A stretch of DNA of 62,435 nucleotides from a bacterium (GTDB lineage Bacteria > Patescibacteriota > JABMPQ01 > JAUVWW01): the NCBI GenBank assembly GCA_030603885.1, contig JAUVWW010000005.1, forward strand, positions 1 to 62,435, in the 5' to 3' direction. Below, one piece after another: positions 45,226 to 55,019 of the stretch (position 1 is its first letter; every line of letters begins with the position of its first letter). The notes beneath the pieces are model-generated. The model had not been told where the DNA came from and searched no databases. It worked only from the letters and a program-made list of their open reading frames with translations. Both the position numbers and the translations under genes were made by a program.

Positions 45226-45762
45226 TTATGCTTTTTGATATACATAAATAGAGGCTAAATTAGAACCTAATTTAGGGCTAACCATTTTTGGCTTCCAGCC
45301 ATGGAAAGAAAAGGCATAGCTAATAACTCTTGTTCCGGGTCTAAGCTCTTTTTCCAGTTTTGGTCTAAGTTTTTGGTTAACCTCGGGCATTAGATAACAG
45401 AAAATTACATCGGCCTTTGACAGGTCAGCCTTAAAAAAATTTTTAAACGAAACTTTGGCTTGCGACTTTTTTAAAAAGATATTCAGTCTAACTAAAAAAT
45501 AAGGCCAAGGTGATATCTCAAAGCCTAAAGCTCGAGCCTGATATCTTTTGTCTGCCAAAATTAAAAGTCTACCTGAACCACAACCAAGATCATAAACTAT
45601 ATCTTTGAGTCCGATCTTAGCTAATTCTAACATCTTCTCCTGTACTTTTTTAGGGGTAGATATAAAAGGCACTTTAGTAATAAAAAAAACCACCATAGTA
45701 GAAATATAAATAAGGGTAGCAATGAAAAAAAAGAAAGTAAAAATGGCTAGAAAGGTAAGCAT
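45226..45762 (-). CDS. TM-anchored class I SAM-dependent methyltransferase (paralog 1)
   Basis: Motif I VYDLGCGSGRL. N-terminal TM segment. Paralog of 51240-51758. Confidence 0.75.
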   Translation of the reverse strand: MLTFLAIFTFFFFIATLIYISTMVVFFITKVPFISTPKKVQEKMLELAKIGLKDIVYDLGCGSGRLLILADKRYQARALGFEISPWPYFLVRLNIFLKKSQAKVSFKNFFKADLSKADVIFCYLMPEVNQKLRPKLEKELRPGTRVISYAFSFHGWKPKMVSPKLGSNLASIYVYQKA

Positions 45763-45802
45763 AATCTAATTAGATAACTTGACCGTATTAAAATTTCTAA
45801 TC

Positions 45803-45892
45803 TGGCGGAGAGGGGAGGATTCGAACCTCCGGTACGGTTGCCCGCACTTCGCTTTTCGAGAGCGACCCAATAAACCACTCTGGCACCTCTCC
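45803..45892 (-). tRNA. tRNA-Ser (anticodon CGA), class II, CCA encoded
   Basis: Hand-folded. Anticodon stem TCGCT/AGCGA with loop CTCGAAA. Long variable arm. T-loop GGAGGTTCGAATCCTCC. Confidence 0.9.
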
Positions 45893-45893
45893 A

Positions 45894-47144
45894 CTAAAAA
45901 AGTTTAGCTTGTTTTACCCCTTCTTCACCTTCTTTAAAAATCTGAACTTTTCCATATTCTCCATCATAACCTGGTAGAATTTCAACTTCACCTTCTCTTA
46001 CTCTTCTTATTCCCTCTAAAATTTTGGGATGTAAAGAGGCTTGTAACTTACCAGGTGGAAGCTCTAATAGGATTTCAAATTCAGATCCGTAATTTTGCAC
46101 TAGATTTTGGTACTCTTCTTCTACAGCTTTGGTATTTTTTTGCTGACCCAAAGCAGAAGCTATTATTTCGGCTAAAGGAACAAGGTGTTTAGAAGAAATA
46201 GCCCTCTTTGGTATAAATCCTTCTTTCCTATCTGCTAGCTTTTCTACCCGGTGCATGACTCCTACTGTTAGAGGTTTTTTACACTTAGGACAAAGATAAT
46301 TTGCCTTCTTGGTCTGGCTTGGACTAAGCCTAACATCACAATTTCTATGTCCATCAAAATGATATTTGCCTTCTTGAGGAAAAAATTCGATGGTGAAGAG
46401 AAACTTTCCTTTCTCAGTCTGTTTATTCTTTATTAAATCTGTCAAATTAGTGTAACTTAAATCCTCGAGTTCAAAAGCATTTGCCTCTCTACCTATATTT
46501 TTAGGTGAGTGAGCATCAGAATTACTAATTAAAGTATATTTATCCAAAGCCGAAAGTCTCCAATTCATTTCTGGATCTGAAGAAAGTCCAGTCTCCAGAG
46601 CATAAATATTATTGGACAAATCTTCAAAGCATTCCTCTACTAAATCAAAGCCTGAATTAGCTCCGAACAAAGAGAACCAGGGAGTCCAGATGTGGGCTGG
46701 AACAACCAGACAATCTTTTGAGGTATCTAAAACTATTTTCAAAAGCTCTTTGGCATCTAAACCCAAAATAGGTCTTCCATCTGATTTTAGATTTCCAATC
46801 CAAGAAAACTGGGTATTAATTTTATCTACTTCTTTAAATGAAGGAGCAAATATGACAAGGTGAATTTTGCGAGTCCTTCCTCCTTTGGAATAAATACAGC
46901 TAATTTCGGAAGTCAAAATGAATCTGGTATCTGTATTTGAGTTTCTTAGTTTAAAAAAACCTTCTTCTTGAGGTTCTAACTTTTCTTTAAGTTCTGAAAG
47001 CCATCCTGGATGAGTAAAGTCACCAGTACCAAGAATGTTTATTCCTTTAGTCTTTGCCCACTGATCAAGGTGCTCCAAATCCATATCATGTGATGTGGCT
47101 CTGGAGTAATGAGAGTGAATATGAAAATCAGCGTAAATAGGCAT
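45894..47144 (-). CDS. Endonuclease Q-like PHP-domain protein (TIGR00375 family)
   Basis: N-terminus MPIYADFHIHSHYSRATS. Zn finger CPKCKKPLTVGVMHRV. Confidence 0.65.
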   Translation of the reverse strand: MPIYADFHIHSHYSRATSHDMDLEHLDQWAKTKGINILGTGDFTHPGWLSELKEKLEPQEEGFFKLRNSNTDTRFILTSEISCIYSKGGRTRKIHLVIFAPSFKEVDKINTQFSWIGNLKSDGRPILGLDAKELLKIVLDTSKDCLVVPAHIWTPWFSLFGANSGFDLVEECFEDLSNNIYALETGLSSDPEMNWRLSALDKYTLISNSDAHSPKNIGREANAFELEDLSYTNLTDLIKNKQTEKGKFLFTIEFFPQEGKYHFDGHRNCDVRLSPSQTKKANYLCPKCKKPLTVGVMHRVEKLADRKEGFIPKRAISSKHLVPLAEIIASALGQQKNTKAVEEEYQNLVQNYGSEFEILLELPPGKLQASLHPKILEGIRRVREGEVEILPGYDGEYGKVQIFKEGEEGVKQAKLF

Positions 47145-47146
47145 TA

Positions 47147-47338
47147 TTATTCGACGAGTCTTTTAAATACTAGTTTGAAATCTTTCTTTTCTGGAATCAT
47201 TTGAATTAGCTCCCATCCTTTCTTGCCCAGTTCATTTAAAACAGAAGTGATATCTTCACTTCTTGGCTTTTCTTCTAAAATAGAAGGTGGTCTAATCTCA
47301 CTCAGATTCTTGATTAGATACTCGTATTTTGGGGTCAT
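47147..47338 (-). CDS. Small DUF4177-like protein
   Basis: LNELGKKGWELIQMIP pattern. 63 aa. Confidence 0.4.
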   Translation of the reverse strand: MTPKYEYLIKNLSEIRPPSILEEKPRSEDITSVLNELGKKGWELIQMIPEKKDFKLVFKRLVE

Positions 47339-47353
47339 AATTAAGATTTAAAA

Positions 47354-47427
47354 TGGGCGCTTGAGGACTCGAACCTCAGACCTCCTCGGTGTAAACGAGA
47401 CGCTCTAACCAACTGAGCTAAGCGCCC
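47354..47427 (-). tRNA. tRNA-Val (anticodon TAC)
   Basis: Hand-folded cloverleaf. Anticodon loop TTTACAC. No encoded CCA. Confidence 0.9.
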
Positions 47428-47428
47428 T

Positions 47429-47515
47429 TGGTGCCCAGGGCGGGACTCGAACCCGCACGCTCAAAATGAGCATGGCTCCTCAAGCCATCGTGTAAACCAA
47501 TTCCACCACCTGGGC
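47429..47515 (-). tRNA. tRNA-Leu (anticodon GAG), class II, CCA encoded
   Basis: Anticodon stem ATGGC/GCCAT with loop TTGAGGA. Long variable arm. Confidence 0.9.
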
Positions 47516-47525
47516 CTAAATATGT

Positions 47526-48086
47526 TTATTTTGTTTTCTCTTCGGCCTTAGTTTCTACCTTTTTCTCTCCTTTCTTGACTTGGGCTTTTGTCCCTTCTTT
47601 CTTTTCTTCTGGTTTTGCTTTCTTTTCCTTTTTAGTCTCTTCTGGTTTAGCTTTCTTCTCTTCTTTAGTCTTTTTCGGTTTTGCCTTCTTTTTCTCTGTC
47701 TTTTCTTCGTACTTCAACCGTCCCAGTTCCTCAGCTGTTAATTTCTTCTCTTTCAATCTAGCTTCCTTTTCCTGTTTCTTGCGCAAATAATAAAGTTTGG
47801 CTCTTCTTACTTTGCCTCTCTTTATCACTTCTATCTTGGATAGAGCAGGCAATTGACAAGGATAAGTTCTTTCCACACCGATACCACCCGAGGTAATCTT
47901 ACGTACAGTTATAGTTCCACTCATGCCACGCCCTCCCTTTAGCCTAATTACCGTTCCTTCAAAAACCTGAATTCTTTCCTTCTCTTTCTCTTTAATCTTT
48001 TCATGAATTCTAACTGTATCTCCAGGTCTAATGTCAGGGATCTTTTTTGTAATTTGAGTTTGTTCAAAAGTTTTCAGGTAATCCAT
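47526..48086 (-). CDS. rplS: 50S ribosomal protein L19 with a roughly 70-aa Lys-rich repeat tail
   Basis: The L19 core is [13 protein letters not shown]...[11 protein letters not shown]. The tail is [33 protein letters not shown]. Confidence 0.92.
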   Translation of the reverse strand: MDYLKTFEQTQITKKIPDIRPGDTVRIHEKIKEKEKERIQVFEGTVIRLKGGRGMSGTITVRKITSGGIGVERTYPCQLPALSKIEVIKRGKVRRAKLYYLRKKQEKEARLKEKKLTAEELGRLKYEEKTEKKKAKPKKTKEEKKAKPEETKKEKKAKPEEKKEGTKAQVKKGEKKVETKAEEKTK

Positions 48087-48141
48087 ACAAAAATAAAAAT
48101 CTCTTTAATCCTTATTATTTTACTCTAAAAGTTAATTAGTG

Positions 48142-48714
48142 TCAACTGGTTTTAAGTTCTTTTCGAATGATAGAAAGAACCTTTTTTATAGCTTGTTCCA
48201 ACTTATCTTGTTCGTTTATTACTACATAGTCATATTTTTCTTGATGGGCCATTTCCCTTTTAGCATTAGCTAAACGTAACTTTAATTCCTTCTCTGACAT
48301 TTTACCTCGGGCTTGGATTCGGGGCACAAGTTCATCCAAAGTTTTTGGCCTAATGAAAATAGAAATAGCTTGGGGCATTTTCTTTTCTATCTGCAATGTG
48401 CCTTGAACGTCGATATTAAGTAAGACATTACTTCCTTTTCTAAGCAGACTCTCTACTGTTTTTTTGTGGGTACCATAGTAATGATCATGAACCCGAGCCC
48501 ATTCAAGAAATTCTTTATTTTTGATCTTCTCTCTAAATTCCTTCTCTGATATATAATACATAATTTTATCTTCTCTTTCTTTCTCTCTTTTTGCTCTAGT
48601 TGTATAAGTCACTGCCGGAGATAATCCTGGTATTTTTTCTAACACACTTTCGGCAATTGAAGATTTTCCTACCCCTGAGGGCCCGGAAATAATTATTAAT
48701 TTACCTCTTCTCAT
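48142..48714 (-). CDS. gmk: Guanylate kinase (canonical length)
   Basis: IIISGPSGVGKSS, TTR, LLNIDVQG. Confidence 0.85.
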   Translation of the reverse strand: MRRGKLIIISGPSGVGKSSIAESVLEKIPGLSPAVTYTTRAKREKEREDKIMYYISEKEFREKIKNKEFLEWARVHDHYYGTHKKTVESLLRKGSNVLLNIDVQGTLQIEKKMPQAISIFIRPKTLDELVPRIQARGKMSEKELKLRLANAKREMAHQEKYDYVVINEQDKLEQAIKKVLSIIRKELKTS

Positions 48715-49393
48715 ACCTTAAAGTTAGCTTTAGAAGAATAGATTTTAGTTCTTTTGGTAATTCAGCTTTAAACTCTGCTGTCTTCCCGCTGGGTAGCCGT
48801 AATTTTAAATATCGAGCATGAAGAAATTGTCTAGAAATAGAATAGGGAAATTTCTTTCTTTTAAATTTGTATATTTTATCTCCTACAATAGGATAACCTA
48901 TTTTATGTAAATGAACTCTAATCTGATGGGTTCTTCCAGTTTTAGGTTTTGCCTCTACTAAGGTAAAATCGTTATAGTATTCAATGACTCGATAATCTGT
49001 CTCAGCAGCTTTGCCCTCGAGCCCCAAGCCAATCTTTAGCCCTTTTTGTGTTATGTGATAGACAATTTTCCCCTTTTTGTCTTTTATTCTTCCAAAAACT
49101 AGGGCTATATATTTTTTTGTAATTTTTCTATTTTTAAACTGCTGGACAAGATACTGGTAGGCTCTACTATTCTTAGCCACGATCATTAGGCCAGAAGTAT
49201 CTTTATCTAGACGGTGAACAATGCCTGGTCGCAAGAGACTGCCTACTTCTTTTATTTTTGGACAATGTTTTATTAGTAAAGAAACTAAAGTTTTTTTCTC
49301 TTTCTTTGCTGTTGGGTGAACTAAAAGACCAGCCGGTTTGTTTAATACTATCACATCTTTATCTTCATAAATAATATCCAGTTTATTCTTCAT
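48701..49393 (-). CDS. RluA-family pseudouridine synthase (no S4 domain)
   Basis: HRLDKDTSGLMIVAK and GRTHQIRVHL. Confidence 0.9.
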   Translation of the reverse strand: MKNKLDIIYEDKDVIVLNKPAGLLVHPTAKKEKKTLVSLLIKHCPKIKEVGSLLRPGIVHRLDKDTSGLMIVAKNSRAYQYLVQQFKNRKITKKYIALVFGRIKDKKGKIVYHITQKGLKIGLGLEGKAAETDYRVIEYYNDFTLVEAKPKTGRTHQIRVHLHKIGYPIVGDKIYKFKRKKFPYSISRQFLHARYLKLRLPSGKTAEFKAELPKELKSILLKLTLRYEKR

Positions 49394-49432
49394 TTTAAAA
49401 ATTTATCCAAAGCAAAATGCTTGGATTTTTAA

Positions 49433-49509
49433 TGGTGGGCGATTGAGGATTTGAACCTCAGACCTCTCGCATGTGAAACGAACGCTCTAACCAACTGAGC
49501 TAATCGCCC
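49433..49509 (-). tRNA. tRNA-Val (anticodon CAC), CCA encoded
   Basis: Hand-folded. Anticodon loop TTCACAT. Confidence 0.88.
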
Positions 49510-49586
49510 TGGTGGGCGGCACAAGACTCGAACTTGTGACCTTCTCGATGTCACCGAGACGCTCTAACCAATTGAGCTAGCCGCCC
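49510..49586 (-). tRNA. tRNA-Val (anticodon GAC), CCA encoded
   Basis: Hand-folded. Anticodon stem TCTCG/CGAGA with loop GTGACAT. Confidence 0.88.
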
Positions 49587-49607
49587 TTTTTAACTTTTAA
49601 CTTCGCA

Positions 49608-49683
49608 TGGTGGGCCCGGATGGATTTGAACCATCGACATCGACCTTATAAGGATCGCGCTCTAACCACTGAGCTACGGGCCC
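49608..49683 (-). tRNA. tRNA-Ile (anticodon TAT), CCA encoded
   Basis: Hand-folded sequence GGGCCCGTAGCTCAGTGGTTAGAGCGCGATCCTTATAAGGTCGATGTCGATGGTTCAAATCCATCCGGGCCCACCA. Anticodon stem CGATC/GGTCG with loop CTTATAA. Confidence 0.8.
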
Positions 49684-49718
49684 AGACAATTATATGTTAT
49701 ATGATTTTGTGGTAGAAG

Positions 49719-51194
49719 TCAACAATTTATCTCTCTCACATACCTTCTTGATACCTCTCTTACAAACATAGATTGATTATCTTTCTCCGTGATTAAAAAT
49801 AACCTCTCCTTAGCTCTAGTCATAGCTACATAAAATATTCTTCTTTCCTCTTCCAAGCGTTCGTTTCTATTCGTCTCTCTAATCTCTCTCGTTATTTCAT
49901 AATCATCTTTAATATGAGGAAACCCCCCTCTACCTTTATATAAACCAGCAATAAATACTACTTTAGCCTCCTGACCTTTGGCGCCATGAACCGTAGTTAT
50001 TCGTACCTCTTTTAGTCCCAGCTTGGGAAGATTTTTTAAAAAGACATCAATCACTCTCCATGTTCTTCCTAAAATCATAATATCTTTTTGCTTTATTCCC
50101 TTTAAGACCAGTTTTTTTATAGTATCTGTAACGAAACTATCTCCCCGAGCTTTATCTTCGGCTCGTACAATGTTAATCTTTCCATTAGCTGGATGAAAGG
50201 CCTTTATTTTCTTTCTCATTTGTCTTGAATTGTTTTTTATAACTCTTGATGCAGCATTAACAATATTTCCATCACTTCTATAATTGTAAGGGAGGATGAT
50301 ACTCTCGCAGTCTGGGTAAACTTTTTTAAAATCTAAAATATGATGGACATCTCCTCCTCTAAAGCCATAAATACTTTGCCAATCATCTCCCACCACAAAA
50401 AGATTATTTTTTGCGCTACATAGAAGCTCGAGTAATCTAACTTGACTAAGATTTACATCTTGAAATTCATCAACTAAAATAAATTCAAATCTCTTTTGAT
50501 AATGACCTGATACAGACTTGTCATTCTCTAAAAGAAAAATAACTCGATTCATCAAGTCAGAAAAATCAAAAATATTCAGCTTTTTTAGCCTCTCCTGATA
50601 CGATTTAAAAATGAGATATACCAGTCTCAAAAACTCACGAGCCTCATCATCTCTAACCTTCTTAGCCTTTTCTACTAAATCATCAAGAGAAATAAATCTA
50701 CTTTTGCACTCCTTGATCAATTTATATGTTTCTTCAAAAAATAAATCTAAAGTCCAGTTATTTTCTTCTATAAAACTATTTAAGTTATAGGCAAAGTCTC
50801 TGTTTTTTTGTAAATCAGCAATACATTGTTTCATAATCTTATCCTGAGTAATCTGATCTGCAACTTTAAAATTCTGTGAAATTTCTTTTTTATTCGATAC
50901 CTCTCTAAGAATTCTATAGCAAGCAGAATGAAAAGTTCTACACCAAAGATCCTTAATGTCTGTCCCTAGTAAACTCAGCCTAAGTAGCATTTCACGGGCG
51001 GCTGCTTTGGTAAAAGTGATAGCTAAAATATTTTCTGGTCTAATTTTAAATTTCTGAATTAGATAAAAAATACGGGTCGTCAAAACCCGCGTCTTTCCTG
51101 ATCCAGCCCCAGCCAGACAAAGAATACGTGAATTAGTGGATGTAACAGCTTTTAGTTGTCCGTCATCTAATTTAGATAAAAAATCCTCCTTCAT
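49719..51194 (-). CDS. UvrD/Rep/PcrA-family DNA helicase (compact, 491 aa)
   Basis: Walker A AGAGSGKTRV. Motif II VDEFQD. Motif VTTVHGAKGQEA. Confidence 0.85.
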   Translation of the reverse strand: MKEDFLSKLDDGQLKAVTSTNSRILCLAGAGSGKTRVLTTRIFYLIQKFKIRPENILAITFTKAAAREMLLRLSLLGTDIKDLWCRTFHSACYRILREVSNKKEISQNFKVADQITQDKIMKQCIADLQKNRDFAYNLNSFIEENNWTLDLFFEETYKLIKECKSRFISLDDLVEKAKKVRDDEAREFLRLVYLIFKSYQERLKKLNIFDFSDLMNRVIFLLENDKSVSGHYQKRFEFILVDEFQDVNLSQVRLLELLCSAKNNLFVVGDDWQSIYGFRGGDVHHILDFKKVYPDCESIILPYNYRSDGNIVNAASRVIKNNSRQMRKKIKAFHPANGKINIVRAEDKARGDSFVTDTIKKLVLKGIKQKDIMILGRTWRVIDVFLKNLPKLGLKEVRITTVHGAKGQEAKVVFIAGLYKGRGGFPHIKDDYEITREIRETNRNERLEEERRIFYVAMTRAKERLFLITEKDNQSMFVREVSRRYVREINC

Positions 51195-51239
51195 AATTCA
51201 CCTAGTATCTAATACAAGAGATTAAACACAGGACTCGTG

Positions 51240-51758
51240 TTACATGATGTAAAGATAAATAGGGGCTAGTCCTTTCAATTTTTCAATCTTTTCCGGTTTC
51301 CAGCCCTTGGCTTCAAAAGCATAAGATACCAATTTTGTCCCAGACTTTACATTTTTCTCTAACTTTTTCTGCAAGCGAGGCATAGTTCGAGGAGTCAAAA
51401 AACAGATAATTGCATCTGCTTTCGTCAGATCCTGACTGTAAAAGTCTCTAAATAAAATCTTTGTCCGGCTAGCTTTTGAAAAAAGACGTTTTATTTGACC
51501 GACTACATATAGAAAAGGAGAGAGTTCAAAGCCAACTGCCTCTGCTCTAAATTCTTTATCTGCCATAATCACTACTCGACCATCTCCACAACCTAAATCG
51601 TAGATTATATCACCTGGCCCAACTTGAGCCAACTCAAGCATTCTTCTGACTGCTTTTTTAGGAGTCAAAAGAGGAGGAGCACCTACATAGGCAGCATAAG
51701 CAGTAAGAGTTAAGGCAAAAATAAAGGAAAATAGCACTAGATTGAAGAATATATTCAT
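51240..51758 (-). CDS. TM-anchored class I SAM-dependent methyltransferase (paralog 2)
   Basis: IYDLGCGDGRV. Same architecture as 45226-45762. Confidence 0.75.
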   Translation of the reverse strand: MNIFFNLVLFSFIFALTLTAYAAYVGAPPLLTPKKAVRRMLELAQVGPGDIIYDLGCGDGRVVIMADKEFRAEAVGFELSPFLYVVGQIKRLFSKASRTKILFRDFYSQDLTKADAIICFLTPRTMPRLQKKLEKNVKSGTKLVSYAFEAKGWKPEKIEKLKGLAPIYLYIM

Positions 51759-51773
51759 CGATGGGGTAAGTTC

Positions 51774-53600
51774 TTATGATCTTTTTTTCTTTCCTAGAAT
51801 TTTCTCTAACTCCTTTCTCTCGATAGCTTCCTTCTCTACCAAAGTTTCAGCCAATTTATTTAGTTTTTCTTTGTGTTTTGAAATTACAAGCCTAGCTGTT
51901 TTTTGAGCTTGAGCTATTAAATCGCGTACCTCTTTATCTATTTCGTAAGCCACCGACTCTGAATAATCTTTTTGCTCTGCAATTTCTCTTCCTAGAAAGA
52001 TAAGTTCTTCTTTTTGACCAAAGGTTTGGGGACCAAGTTTTTCTGACATCCCATATTCAGTAACCAATTTCCGGGCTAGCTGGGTAGCTAGCCTTAAATC
52101 CGAGGTAGCTCCAGTGGTGATATCTCCAAAAGTTTTCTTTTCAGCTACAAAGCCAGCTAAAAGAACAGCTAATTCATCTAAAAATTCTGCTTTAGAATGA
52201 AAATGCTTATCTGCCTCAGGAAGCTTTAGAGTATATCCAGCTACTTGACCTCGAGAGATAATAGAAACCTTTCTTATTGGATCTGGATGAGGAAGAATAT
52301 GAGCTACCAGAGCATGGCCTGCTTCATGAAAAGCAGCAATTCTCTTTTCTTTCTTAGATAGAAGATGGCTTTTTCTTTCGGGGCCTAAAAGCACTTTTTC
52401 TATGGATTCAATACATTCTTTCATCCCTACTTCTTTTTTATTACTTCGAGCAGAAAGAATGGCTGCCTCGTTCATCAGATTTTCAAGATCTGCTCCAGAA
52501 AATCCAGGCGTTCTTTGGGCAAGCTCTTCTAGAGAAACCCCTCTAGCTAAAGGTTTTCCTTTAGAGTGAATTTTAAGAATAGCTTCTCTTTCTTTAACGT
52601 CGGGCATAATAAGTACTATCCTTCGATCAAATCGACCAGGCCTGAGGAGTGCTGGATCTAGGACATCGGGGCGATTGGTGGCCGCCATCACAATCACTCT
52701 AGTACCTCTTTCAAATCCGTCCATTTCAGTCAAAATTTGATTTAAGGTTTGTTCTCTCTCATCATGACTTCCTCCAAGTCCGGCCCCTCTCATTCTTCCC
52801 ACGGCATCAATTTCGTCAATAAATAGAATAGCTGGGGCATTTTTCTTAGCCTTATTAAAGAGATCCCTGACTCGGCTGGCCCCGACCCCAACGAACATTT
52901 CCACAAATTCTGAGCCAGAGATATGGAAGAAAGGTACCTTAGCTTCACCAGCTACGGCCCGAGCCAAGAGAGTCTTTCCTGTTCCTGGTGGTCCTAAAAG
53001 TAAGACTCCTTTGGGCACTCTAGCTCCTAAGGAAGTGAATTTCTCGGGTGTTTTTAGAAACTCTACTATCTCTTTTAACTCTTCCTTGGCTTCTTTAACT
53101 CCAGCTACGTCTCCAAAGGTTATTTTTTCTTTTTTGTTCTTTTCTACTGGCTTAGCTTTAGTTTGACCAAACATCATAGCCCTTGATTGTCCTCTCTGTA
53201 CTTGCCGAGACATAAGATAGATAAACAAGGCTATAAATATAAAAGGAAGAAGAAAAGGCAAAATAGCTCCCATCCAATAAGCAAAACCACTTTTCTCTTT
53301 TATCTCTATCTCTATCTTGGCTAATTTATCCTGAGCCACTCCATAATTGGCTAAAGTCTCAGATAGAGCTGCTTCTGGCTCTTTAACAGCAGTTTGTTTA
53401 GTTTCATCTTGAAGCTCTATAGCTAATTTATTTTCTTCTATTTCTATTTTCTTTATCTTCTCTTCATTGATCTCTTGAGCCACAGTGCTCAAAGACACCT
53501 CCTCAGGCTTTTCTTGAGGAGTTCTATATAGAGCAAACAGCCCAGCTATAACCAGAAAAACAACAAGAGCAAGTAATAAATTTTTAAGAAAGTTTCTCAT
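51774..53600 (-). CDS. ftsH: ATP-dependent zinc metalloprotease FtsH
   Basis: [14 protein letters not shown] region. Zn site HEAGHA. Confidence 0.97.
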   Translation of the reverse strand: MRNFLKNLLLALVVFLVIAGLFALYRTPQEKPEEVSLSTVAQEINEEKIKKIEIEENKLAIELQDETKQTAVKEPEAALSETLANYGVAQDKLAKIEIEIKEKSGFAYWMGAILPFLLPFIFIALFIYLMSRQVQRGQSRAMMFGQTKAKPVEKNKKEKITFGDVAGVKEAKEELKEIVEFLKTPEKFTSLGARVPKGVLLLGPPGTGKTLLARAVAGEAKVPFFHISGSEFVEMFVGVGASRVRDLFNKAKKNAPAILFIDEIDAVGRMRGAGLGGSHDEREQTLNQILTEMDGFERGTRVIVMAATNRPDVLDPALLRPGRFDRRIVLIMPDVKEREAILKIHSKGKPLARGVSLEELAQRTPGFSGADLENLMNEAAILSARSNKKEVGMKECIESIEKVLLGPERKSHLLSKKEKRIAAFHEAGHALVAHILPHPDPIRKVSIISRGQVAGYTLKLPEADKHFHSKAEFLDELAVLLAGFVAEKKTFGDITTGATSDLRLATQLARKLVTEYGMSEKLGPQTFGQKEELIFLGREIAEQKDYSESVAYEIDKEVRDLIAQAQKTARLVISKHKEKLNKLAETLVEKEAIERKELEKILGKKKRS

Positions 53601-53605
53601 AAAAT

Positions 53606-54844
53606 TTATACCTCCTTTTTATTAACCTTGGCTTTCCTTATCTTGGACTTTTTTGTTGTCTTTGTTACACTCTTTTTAACTTTTTTAACCTCTTTCACTG
53701 CCTTTAAACTTAAGCCCATTCTGTGCTCTTCTGGTTCTATAGATAGAATCTTGAACTTCCCTTTTTGTCCTATCTTTACTACTTCATCCGGGCTTTTTAT
53801 CTGTTTTGGGGCTAACTCTGAAACATGAACTAGACCATGGATATCTTTATCCAGCTGCACAAAAGCACCAAAGGGATGAATCTTAATCACTTCACCTAAA
53901 ACTATTTGTCCTACTTTATATTTTTTAGAAATTGCTTTCCAAGGATCTTTGGTAAGTTTTTTTATAGAAAGAAAGATTTTTGTACCATCTAATCCTATAA
54001 TTTCTGCTTTAACCTTCTGATCCACTTTTACCACATCTTTTGGATCTTCAATTAGCTGCCAAGCTAGCTCTGAAATGTGAACTAGACCTTCTAGACGATC
54101 AAATCGTACAAAGGCTCCAAAATCAGTAATACCTGAAATCTCTCCCTCAATAATATCACCCACCTTTAAAGAAGTTATCTTTTTCTTCTCTTTTTCTAGC
54201 ACTGCTTCCTTTTCAGAAATAATAAGTTTTTCTTCTCTCTCATCAGCTGTGATGATTTTAACATTCAGCTTTTGGCCAATAAATTCCTTAAGTTTGACTA
54301 AAATCTCCTGTTGATCTCCTCCTTCTACCCGAGGATAATGTTCTGGGGTAAGCTGGGATACAGGCAAAAATGCAGGAATACCATTGATAGTGGTCATTAG
54401 TCCCCCTCTATTTGCCTCTCGAATCTTACAGGAGACAACCTCTCCTTTCTCTTTCTTTTCCTTTAAATCAACCCAGGCTTCCTCAAAAGAGGCTTGTTTA
54501 AAAGAAAGCTCTAAGTTTCCTTCCTCATTTTCAAGTTCAAGCACTTTGGCAGTTACTTTATTTCCTACCTCTAAATCTTTGTAAGCATCTAGAGTTTCCC
54601 AAAGTTCAGGACCTCTAACTACTCCTATTCCATAAGGACCTAGATCTACATGAACTGCATTTTTTGACACATCGAGTATCTTTCCAGAAAGGCTATCTCC
54701 TACTTTGGGAATAGATAAAGCCTGCATCTTGGAGAGAAGTTTTTCCTTTGCCTTTTCTTTCTCTTTCCTGACCTCTTTGGTCTTTCTTTCTACTAACTGA
54801 GAAAGCTCAGACTCCTTGAGATTAGTTGTCTTAGTCTTTAGCAT
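53606..54844 (-). CDS. rpsA: 30S ribosomal protein S1 (four S1 domains, Lys-rich tail)
   Basis: Repeated S1 OB-fold motifs of type G.V..I..FGAFV.L...+GLVHISEL. Confidence 0.85.
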   Translation of the reverse strand: MLKTKTTNLKESELSQLVERKTKEVRKEKEKAKEKLLSKMQALSIPKVGDSLSGKILDVSKNAVHVDLGPYGIGVVRGPELWETLDAYKDLEVGNKVTAKVLELENEEGNLELSFKQASFEEAWVDLKEKKEKGEVVSCKIREANRGGLMTTINGIPAFLPVSQLTPEHYPRVEGGDQQEILVKLKEFIGQKLNVKIITADEREEKLIISEKEAVLEKEKKKITSLKVGDIIEGEISGITDFGAFVRFDRLEGLVHISELAWQLIEDPKDVVKVDQKVKAEIIGLDGTKIFLSIKKLTKDPWKAISKKYKVGQIVLGEVIKIHPFGAFVQLDKDIHGLVHVSELAPKQIKSPDEVVKIGQKGKFKILSIEPEEHRMGLSLKAVKEVKKVKKSVTKTTKKSKIRKAKVNKKEV

Positions 54845-54870
54845 TATTTTATTCCTTTCTTCTGAAATTC

Positions 54871-54948
54871 GCTATTATACGCTCCTCCTAAATAGGATAA
54901 TACTTTATACCCTGGTATTATCCGACACTAACTCTAGTCTATAATAGC
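54871..54948 (-). promoter_or_regulatory. Structured rpsA 5' leader (nested 9-bp stems)
   Basis: GCTATTATA (54871-54879) is complementary to TATAATAGC (54940-54948). These enclose the hairpin GGATAATAC...GTATTATCC (54895-54923). Confidence 0.45.
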
Positions 54949-54956
54949 GTTTCTAT

Positions 54957-54985
54957 ATAATAAAACATTTTAAAAAATAATGCAA
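54957..54985 (-). promoter_or_regulatory. rpsA promoter
   Basis: Minus strand: TTGCAT, 17 nt, TATTAT. Confidence 0.45.
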
Positions 54986-55019
54986 GCCCTTGAGTAAATT
55001 TCTAGCTCATGAAAAACCT

